Below, in pieces: positions 1 through 7,200 of a DNA stretch of 38,031 bases. The DNA comes from Flammeovirgaceae bacterium (GTDB taxonomy: Bacteria; Bacteroidota; Bacteroidia; Cytophagales; Flammeovirgaceae): NCBI GenBank assembly GCA_047633715.1, contig JBLIFI010000001.1, positions 1-38,031 of the forward strand, written 5' to 3'. Position 1 is the first letter of the stretch; each line of letters opens with the position of its first letter. Made by a program: the position numbers and the translations under genes. Under the pieces are notes generated by a model. The model was given only the letters and a program-made list of their open reading frames with translations. It was not told where the DNA came from and ran no database searches.

Positions 1-121
1 CTCGAAAAACAAGCAATAAAACTGGTTCAAGCGGGGCTTCCCAAGCGTCCACACTTGAACCTAATAACTTAAACTTCAAAATCATGAATTGCACTCAATA
101 CCCAAATTCACGATAGAACCA
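1..121. repeat. Left arm of a perfect 121-bp inverted repeat whose partner is 37906..38026. It runs off the left window edge.
   Basis: Bases 1-121 are the exact reverse complement of 37906-38026, compared by eye base by base. Identity stops at 122 / 37905. Bases 1-72 are open in frame 1 (..LEKQAIKLVQAGLPKRPHLNLIT*), so this may be the 3' end of a duplicated gene such as a transposase. Confidence 0.9.
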
Positions 122-290
122 TATTTTTTTATGCTTTTAGCGCAAAAAAGTTCATACATTCCCTTCATTCTTTCAATTATCAAGCTGTTTTCCCTATGAT
201 TCTTCAAAGACTTTTACTTCCGAATAATTTCGCTATTTTGCACGAAAAGCGGAGATTTAACAAATATGTAGGGGAATGGAGAGCCAGAAA

Positions 291-390
291 ATCCAACCAA
301 ACAAGTAATGCTACTTTTGGATATTAAGGCACAAGCGAATGCTTGCGCTATGGTTTATTATTGCTTTAGCATTACTTATTTACCACTATT
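291..390 (+). repeat. Palindromic intergenic repeat, family 2, intact copy
   Basis: An outer stem aagtaatgcta / tagcattactt encloses an inner hairpin gcaagc-gaat-gcttgc. Related copies lie at 2891..3139 (interrupted) and 21309..21390 (reverse orientation, lacking the inner hairpin). Confidence 0.7.
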
Positions 391-426
391 TGAAATACAC
401 TCCATAACAAATAAGCTCAATTTAGA

Positions 427-636
427 ATGAAAGATTGGAAGAAAGTATTCAGCTCTTCAAACCATTTTCAGGCGAGTTTGGTGCAACAAGTTTTGGAAAA
501 CAATGAGTTGCAAGCTATTTTGCTCAATAAAAAAGATTCTGCCTACGGAGTATTTGGGGAAGTAGAAATATACGTCTCCAAGAAAAATGTGATGCAAGCC
601 CTAAAAATTATAAATGATGAGATCGACTTTAGATAG
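427..636 (+). CDS. DUF2007-like small protein (putative signal-transducing protein)
   Basis: A 69-aa ORF that overlaps the cdsA start by 23 nt. Size and sequence pattern resemble DUF2007 proteins. The family assignment is from memory. Confidence 0.6.
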   Translation: MKDWKKVFSSSNHFQASLVQQVLENNELQAILLNKKDSAYGVFGEVEIYVSKKNVMQALKIINDEIDFR

Positions 637-1447
637 TTTACCAGAATTAACGCAGAGAATAATTGCCGCCATTTTTGGTGGAGCATTACTGATTTCATCC
701 ATTATTTATAGTGAATGGTCTTACTTTGTTATTTTCTTTCTGATTTGCATGTTTGCCTCCTTAGAGTTTTATAAACTCCTCGGATTGGATGGAAACTTGC
801 CCCTGAAAAGCTACGGAACGGTAAATAGTCTTTTCATTTATACGCTTACTTTTCTGATTGCTCGGCAATCTTTGGAAACCAAATATTATTTACTAATTTT
901 CATTTCTCTTTCTGCGGTTTACCTCATTAAGCTCTACATCAAAAAAGACAAAACGCCTTTCACAAACATTGCTTTCACTTTCTTGGGGATTATTTATGTA
1001 GGCATTCCTTTCGCATTGCTGAATTTGGCAATTTTCTACGACAATTCTTACAACTACGAAATCATTCTCGGTTCACTTTTCATGCTTTGGGCAAGTGATA
1101 CGGGAGCTTATTTTGCAGGAAAAAACTTTGGCAGACGAAAACTCTTCGAGCGAGTTTCCCCAAAAAAGACTTGGGAAGGAAGCCTTGGAGGAACAATTGC
1201 CGCTGTAAGTGTGGGAATTGTTCTTTCTTACTACTTCACATCTATGCCTGTTTGGAAATGGATTGCCATTTCACTGATAATTGTAGTAGCTGGCACTTAT
1301 GGCGATTTGGTGGAGTCACTTTTCAAAAGAAGCATTCGCATTAAAGACTCTGGACGTTCCATTCCTGGCCACGGTGGTTTTTTGGATAGATTTGATGGGT
1401 TGCTAATTGCCGCTCCATTTATTGTAGCTTTTGTGAGGTTGTTTTAA
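614..1447 (+). CDS. cdsA: Phosphatidate cytidylyltransferase (CDP-diglyceride synthase)
   Basis: Multi-TM protein with the CTP_transf_1 signature SDTGAYFAGKNFGRRKLFERVSPKKTWEGSLGG and C-terminal GHGGFLDRFDG. Confidence 0.93.
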   Translation: MMRSTLDSLPELTQRIIAAIFGGALLISSIIYSEWSYFVIFFLICMFASLEFYKLLGLDGNLPLKSYGTVNSLFIYTLTFLIARQSLETKYYLLIFISLSAVYLIKLYIKKDKTPFTNIAFTFLGIIYVGIPFALLNLAIFYDNSYNYEIILGSLFMLWASDTGAYFAGKNFGRRKLFERVSPKKTWEGSLGGTIAAVSVGIVLSYYFTSMPVWKWIAISLIIVVAGTYGDLVESLFKRSIRIKDSGRSIPGHGGFLDRFDGLLIAAPFIVAFVRLF

Positions 1448-1592
1448 AATCTACGAATTTTGATTTATGGTGTACAACTTGAAATAGATTGAGTCCATTT
1501 CCCTACTGTTTAAACTTGGAAGCAAGTTCCTTATCTAAGTGCTTAGACCTGTTTAATTAAGCTTTAAAACTTGTTGGTCTCGCTACGCTAAG

Positions 1593-1778
1593 TGAAAGGA
1601 ATTAAATAAAGTGCGCCATTATCGCAGTTTGTTTTTGAGGTCGGGCTACGCTAGCTAGTCTAGCGGTTCCCCGCTGGGACAAAAATAGTAGGCATAGCAT
1701 CGCTACGGATAATATTTTTAACGAAGAATAGACCAAAAAGAAAAAAATATAATGGAATAAGTTATTTAATTCCTTTCA
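1593..1778. mobile_element. MITE-like element, family 1, copy A (186 bp)
   Basis: Perfect 17-bp terminal inverted repeats tgaaaggaattaaataa / ttatttaattcctttca. Flanked by direct CTAAG at 1588-1592 and 1779-1783. The core (gcagtttgtttttgag ... atatttttaacgaagaatagaccaaaaagaaa) is shared with copy B at 2911..3065. Confidence 0.65.
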
Positions 1779-1839
1779 CTAAGACCAACAAGGGCAGTTT
1801 TTATCGTATTTTAATTGTGAAATAATTCTGTGCAAGCAC

Positions 1840-2307
1840 TTACTTGCTTAACATCTTAATCACAATTGGAATCCCAAAAAGGATTATAATTCCGACCAAC
1901 CTAGGTAAATAAGCCGTGTTGGCATAATAGCCATCAATTACCACATCTGAAGCATTTTCTGGATTGTAATCGACCCTAACTTGTTCTGTTTCTACTTTGT
2001 TGAAAGATTGCTTTGAACGGACTTGATAACTGTTTCCGTTTTCATGCTCGTACTCCACCAAAAGTAATGCTCCACCCATTTCTTTGCCCGATTGTTGTGG
2101 CAGAAGCTCTCCACCCAATCTTGATTTACTCAATGTGGCGGTGAATATTGAATCAACCTTTTTGTACTGTGCGCCAATAATCCCCACTACCTTTCCTGTG
2201 GTTTGTTTGGAGTTTTTGAAAAAAGACCGAATTTCGGAATACTCTACCAAAAGCAAAACAAGTAAACCAATGGCAGGAAACCAGAAAACAGCGAATAGAA
2301 TAAACAT
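1840..2307 (-). CDS. Membrane protein, DUF3592-like (N- and C-terminal TM helices flanking a beta-rich domain)
   Basis: A 155-aa ORF with a hydrophobic N-terminus (FILFAVFWFPAIGLLVLLLV) and C-terminal TM (LVGIIILFGIPIVI). The architecture resembles DUF3592. Confidence 0.55.
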   Translation of the reverse strand: MFILFAVFWFPAIGLLVLLLVEYSEIRSFFKNSKQTTGKVVGIIGAQYKKVDSIFTATLSKSRLGGELLPQQSGKEMGGALLLVEYEHENGNSYQVRSKQSFNKVETEQVRVDYNPENASDVVIDGYYANTAYLPRLVGIIILFGIPIVIKMLSK

Positions 2308-2462
2308 AAATCGAAGGTTTTATTTCTAAAACTAAACGGACCTTCTATAACTAGGTTCGAGTGTTGAACATTTGCCTATATGGCTTGTTTGGGAAATTAA
2401 ACAAGCTATTTTTGTGGGAGATTATAAATTTGTGATACAAACCTGAAACTTAATAACTGCTC

Positions 2463-2870
2463 ATGGCAACAATAGAAACTATTTACCAAGGCGATTTACG
2501 CACGGAAGCAAAACACCTCAAATCTGGCGTTCAAGTCATTACCGATGCTCCGACTGATAACCACGGGAAAGGCGAATTATTTTCTCCAACCGATTTAGTT
2601 GTCACAGCCCTAACTAGCTGTATGATGACTTTAATGGGTATTTCTGCTAATAATCATGGTTTTGAGCTGAAAGGACTTTCTGCCAAAACAACCAAAATCA
2701 TGCAATCCAACCCGAGAAGAATCTCTAAAATTGAGGTAGAGTTTGAGATGGAAACTGGGCATTTGGAGGAGAAGTACGTCAAGATTTTAAAGAAAGCAGC
2801 CTTGACTTGTCCCGTAGCTTTGAGTTTGCATCCAGAAATTGAGCAAGCTGTTTCTTTTCTGGAAAAATAA
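2463..2870 (+). CDS. OsmC-family protein (peroxiredoxin-like)
   Basis: 135 aa. Contains the motifs FSPTDLVVTALTSCMMT and ALTCPVALSL, which are typical of the two conserved Cys regions of the OsmC/Ohr fold. Confidence 0.85.
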   Translation: MATIETIYQGDLRTEAKHLKSGVQVITDAPTDNHGKGELFSPTDLVVTALTSCMMTLMGISANNHGFELKGLSAKTTKIMQSNPRRISKIEVEFEMETGHLEEKYVKILKKAALTCPVALSLHPEIEQAVSFLEK

Positions 2871-2890
2871 GGTAGTGTGAAAGATGTCAG

Positions 2891-3139
2891 GTTACTTGTG
2901 GATATTAAGGAAGGGGATTAAATAAGATGCTATTTTATTGCAGTTTATTTTTGAGTCTAGTCTAGGCAAAAATTGCAGTCATAGCACCGCTATGGCGATA
3001 TTTTTAACGAAGAATAGACCAAAAAGAAACAAGAGAAAATTTGCATCTTATTTATTTCCCGTTCCTAAGGCACAAACGGAGTGCCACCCAGCGGACGCTT
3101 GCGCTATGTTTTTTCATTCTGTTAGCATTAACTTGTTTC
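2891..3139 (+). repeat. Family-2 palindromic repeat interrupted by a family-1 MITE-like insertion
   Basis: Removing 2911..3070 gives gttacttgtggatattaagg|cacaaacgg..gcttgcgctatg..gttagcattaacttg. This is colinear with the intact copy 303..380 (caagtaatgctacttttggatattaagg|cacaagcg..gcttgcgctatgg..tagcattactt). Confidence 0.6.
2911..3065. mobile_element. MITE-like element, family 1, copy B (155 bp), nested in a family-2 repeat
   Basis: Imperfect terminal inverted repeats (aaggggattaaataagatgc / gcatcttatttatttcccgttcc). Flanked by direct TAAGG at 2906-2910 and 3066-3070. Shares the core sequence with copy A. Confidence 0.6.
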
Positions 3140-3182
3140 AAACCACGAAAAAATAAGAACTATTTACTGAATACCAACAACA

Positions 3183-3749
3183 ATGAAAAACCTAAATTTA
3201 TTCGGACTACTATTCTCCACCCTACTTCTAATAAGTTGTGGTGCCAATTCGCAGGAAAAAGAGGATACAAAATCAGAACAGAAGTTGAGCCCTTATGCAG
3301 AAGCGGAAGTAAAAATCAACAAAACCAATATTAAAATCAATTACAGCTCTCCACGAGCAAAAGGCAGGGAAATTTGGAATGGGCTGGTTGAGTATGGAGA
3401 GGTTTGGAGAACGGGTGCTGATGAAGCCAGTACTCTTGAGGTTTCCAACGATATTATGATAGAAGGTCAGCCTTTGCCAAAAGGGAAATATGCCATTTTC
3501 ACAATTCCCGAAAAGGAAGAATGGACTATTATTTTCAATAAAGAATTTGAGCAATGGGGCGCATTCAATTATAAAGAGAAAGAGGATGCCTTGCGAGTAA
3601 AAATAAAGCCTGTATCTATGAACACCATGACTGAAAACATGAGCTTTTTCTTATTGGAGACTGGGAAACTTGAAGGGGAAATGAAAATAGCTTGGGGGAA
3701 AATACAAGCCCCAATTTCTATTACGATTCCAGAAAAAGCGGAAGACTAA
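3183..3749 (+). CDS. Secreted DUF2911-family protein
   Basis: Signal or lipoprotein leader (LLLISCG). Contains the block YSSPRAKGREIWNGLVEYGEVWRTGADEASTLEVS...GKYAIFTIPEKEEWTIIFNK, characteristic of DUF2911. Confidence 0.75.
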   Translation: MKNLNLFGLLFSTLLLISCGANSQEKEDTKSEQKLSPYAEAEVKINKTNIKINYSSPRAKGREIWNGLVEYGEVWRTGADEASTLEVSNDIMIEGQPLPKGKYAIFTIPEKEEWTIIFNKEFEQWGAFNYKEKEDALRVKIKPVSMNTMTENMSFFLLETGKLEGEMKIAWGKIQAPISITIPEKAED

Positions 3750-3772
3750 ATTCTATTTTATAATTCAAAGAT

Positions 3773-3803
3773 AAAGGCATCCGATTTAGAATCGGATGCC
3801 TTT
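3773..3803. terminator. Bidirectional intrinsic terminator hairpin between convergent genes
   Basis: aaaggcatccgat-ttaga-atcggatgccttt forms a perfect 13-bp stem. A/T runs lie on both sides. Confidence 0.7.
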
Positions 3804-3819
3804 ATCTTTATGAAGATTT

Positions 3820-3984
3820 CTATTCTTTATTTCTTTTCCTCAATCGGCTAACGCCATAACCGACTCCTGAGGCAACCAAAAGTCCAATTCCACCATCTAT
3901 AGGAATTGGTGCTGGTGGAGTTGGCTGGGCAAAGACCTGAAAATTTATGAAAGTGAATAATGATAATAGTAGTACTTTTTTCAT
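3820..3984 (-). CDS. 54-aa mini-protein: signal peptide, Pro-rich linker and an exosortase-type (PID-CTERM/PEP-CTERM-like) sorting tail
   Basis: My own translation gives MKKVLLLSLFTFINFQVFAQPTPPAPIPIDGGIGLLVASGVGYGVSRLRKRNKE*. It is below the 60-aa cut-off of the ORF track. The layout is a cleavable leader, a P-I-D-G-G motif, one TM helix and a basic cluster. Confidence 0.55.
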   Translation of the reverse strand: MKKVLLLSLFTFINFQVFAQPTPPAPIPIDGGIGLLVASGVGYGVSRLRKRNKE

Positions 3985-3997
3985 CTAATTTATTAGG

Positions 3998-4127
3998 TTG
4001 TCTGACAATTTTTGTAATTGATGTGTTCCATGAAATACGAAATAAGGAATAATCATCAATTACAGCCTCCAGATTAGACAATTAATCTGAGCTGTTTTTG
4101 ACCTCCACAAAATTTGTTAGAGAACCA
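3998..4127. repeat. About 130-nt structured element, copy 1 (paralog of 37766..37894)
   Basis: Both ends are conserved: ttgtctgacaatttttgt at the 5' end and gacctccacaaaatttgtYagagaacca at the 3' end. The ends pair with each other as a roughly 16-bp long-range stem. The element lies 14 nt upstream (minus sense) of the mini-protein ATG. Confidence 0.6.
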
Positions 4128-4150
4128 TTTATTATTACATCTTGTTTATT

Positions 4151-4197
4151 GCAAAAACTTATAAAAAGCCTGATTGGAATGAACCCAATCAGGCTTT
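4151..4197 (-). terminator. Intrinsic terminator of the giant surface-protein gene
   Basis: A 13-bp stem aaagcctgattgg / ccaatcaggcttt lies just after the stop at 4205. On the minus strand it is followed by a T-rich tract. Confidence 0.65.
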
Positions 4198-4204
4198 CTG
4201 GCTA

Positions 4205-7200
4205 TTATTTATTTAAAAATATTTTTTTAGTCATAACACCTTTATTTCCTTCAACCCTCACAATCAATATGCCATAAGATTTGACAGAAATCATTTCTTT
4301 ATCACTAGAAGTAATGTTTTCCAATAAAACTCGCTTTCCAGAAAGATTATAAACGCCTACTTTGAATTCCTTACCTTGTAAAGCACTTGTGAAATAGAGA
4401 TTTATACCCATTTCATCTGCCATTATATTTATTCCTTTCAACTCCAAACTAGGATCAACGCTTAAAACCCTTTCTACAAATTCCAATTCAAACCTTTCTT
4501 TATAAATCGCAGACTCTAACTGAACAACATAATTCCCTGCCCTCAAATCGGTTGAAATACCCAATTCTTTGTCCAACAAGAAGATATCGAAGTTTTCAGA
4601 GAAATTCAGTAAGTGGTTGATGTTGAATTCATATTTCCCACTTTCATTTGCATCTAAGCCAAGTTTTACCTTTTGGCTACCAATAAGCTCTGGCAAGCCT
4701 TGAACAATCAACTCTTTCTTATCCAATAAACTGTAGAATGCTAAATTCTTGTTCCCCTTGAATTTAGTAATATCCATTCTGTCCTCTCCAACCGTAGCCT
4801 GTTCTGAGAAATTAATGGAAAGCTCATTCGTAATTCCATCATTAGCAGTAACGTTTAACCAAATTTTTTGGAGGTTATCGTCTTTGGCTCTAGCAAAATT
4901 ACCATTGTTCAAATCAGAGCGATGTGAGTTTTTGAAAGTTACAGTTCCTGTTGTATTTGCCTCCACGAAAAACCCTTGCCCAGCAGGCACAAAGTTCTCG
5001 CCTGCTCCAAACACTCCCCTACCATTTGTAACTCCTGCGGCATCCATTACTGCATAGTCGCTACTTATAGAAGAATAATCGCTTCCATCTGAAACCCACA
5101 AATGGATTCCGTTGTTGATTGATGAATTACTTGGGTCGTTCAAAAACGCATTTGCCGAAAATGAAGATGGATAAGGATTTCCAACCAAATTCCAGTCATC
5201 ATCTGCACCTCCTGCATTATTAATTACACTCGCAGTAATATCTCCAGAGTTAAATCCTGTTGTACTGCTAAAAGCACGAGTAATTGTTGTGGCAGGAGTG
5301 CTTTTTCCTGTGGCAATGTAGCCCAAACCAGCAGTCATAGTGGTACCATCTCCAACTCCAACCCAATTAGGAATAGATGTATCGAACATATATCTACTTT
5401 TGGAATTAGTTGTTGGGAACACTCCACCAATAGTTGCATCAGGTACTGGAGAAGACCAATAATTGTAAATTCCGTGGTAATCATCTCCAACCCGATTCAT
5501 GGTGTAAGTTCCTGAACCTGTATTTGTTGGAGTGGTTGCAGTTTGGATGAATGAAGCCCCACTTTCTACTGTGATAGTTCCGAGGTTAGTGAATGATTGA
5601 TTTGCCGAAAGACTTGCATTAGTGACTACTGTAATGTCAGAAGCATTGGTCAATACCAAATTATCTGCAACTACACTGAATGAAGCTGGGACAGAAAAAG
5701 AGGTTGCCGTTACCGAGTTGCCGATTACTAACTCAGTATTCAGCCCACTAATTGTCCAATTTGCGGAAACCGTAGCCGAAGTATTTGTAAGCACATAAAA
5801 CTGCTGATTATCAGTCGTGAAATCAGTTGGTTTTTCATCACCTCCATCTAAGCTCGTTCCCCAAGTTGCCAAAGCGTCTAAATCTCCTGTTGGAGTGGTG
5901 TAGTAGCCATGAGTGAGAGGTGTAAATACTGTTGATAATAAAGTGGCATTTGTTGGAGAAGCTGTTTTTACCCATTCCGAAGCTACCCATATTGTATTAG
6001 GAGAACTATTCGGGATTCTTACTACTCTACTATCCGTATATTCCCAAGCTTCTCCAGTTCCATCTTGATTGATTTCTCCATAAATATCTATCAATGTTCC
6101 GCTTGTATGGTCTCCACCTTCATAAATATAATAGGTATCATCTCCATTTCCATTGATATTTCCATTGGCCATGTTTGCCGCTGAACCGTAAGCATTTGAA
6201 AAATCAGTAGCATCATCGGTAATCACAAAAGTCTGACCTGGCAATATTGAACCTGTCAATTGTAAATCAAACCATGCGGTTGGGTTTGTACTTCCATTCG
6301 CTTGCTTACTTAAGAAAAAAGTTTCTGAATCAAAATCAATGGTAGTATTTCGACCATTATATAATTTGACAAATTTAGGCGTTGCTCCTGAAACATTAGG
6401 ATCGGCAATTTCCGCAATTATGAGTTGGGGGATTTCGTTTGCTACAATATCATCGGAAGTATTGTCAGTCAGAATGCTAGAAGTACTTATATTAAAGGTT
6501 TCTTCTGTATCGAATTGTAAATCAGCCCAAGTAAATGTCCCTCCAGATAGATTTTGCACCAATCCTGTGGCAGAAGAAAGAGTTCCTGTACCCGTTGCTC
6601 CTCTGGCAAGTGTTACACTTGGAGTTGCATCGGCATCAACATTTCCTCGAACATCTGTGGCGTTTACTGTCAAGGAGAAATCTTCATTGACAAATACACT
6701 TGTAGGCTCAGAAACAATCTCCAAATTAGTAGCAATTATTTGGATTTCGTTGTTTCCACCTCCTGATTCTACCACTGTTCCTGCTCCTGTTTCAAAACCA
6801 CTACTACCGCTGGCTTCTACAATGAAGCCATTTCTATCTACTACAAAAGCAACATTCATATTGTCTGTATTGGCTGGAAGTAGATTCTGCAAAACCACTT
6901 TCAACTCATAAGTTTTTGTAGCATTATCTCCCACGAAACCCAAAGCCGTTCCCGTTCCGTTTGGAATAGAACTGAAAGTAATGTTAGAAGCATTGACAGC
7001 TCCTGCAATCATTTCGCTTCCACTTACCAAATTAACAGCCGAGAAAACGGTTGTCCAATCAGCAATATCGTTTCCAGCTCCTTGATTTACAATAATTTGG
7101 CTAATGAGCGCAGGAAGCGCATCTGTTCCTGCTGTTGCGCCATCGTCTCTTACTGTGAAATCAAAATTAGTTTGGTAGCCGTCTCCTAAAGATGTTGTTG

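Noticed and set aside
1570-3140. Repeated intergenic sequences as a possible CRISPR array
   Set aside because: Only two or three diverged copies are present, they are 100-190 bp long and internally palindromic, and they are separated by genes rather than by regular short spacers. No cas genes are present.
2938-3334. ORFs 2938..3156 and 3041..3334 (72 and 97 aa)
   Set aside because: They lie across the MITE-like and palindromic repeats and the promoter region of the DUF2911 gene. Their composition is not protein-like.
3848-4081. 77-aa minus-strand ORF from the track (MSNLEAVIDDYSLFRISWNT...)
   Set aside because: It has no protein-like features and runs through the conserved structured element. 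The 54-aa ORF in another frame (3820..3984) has a textbook signal peptide and sorting tail and explains the region better.
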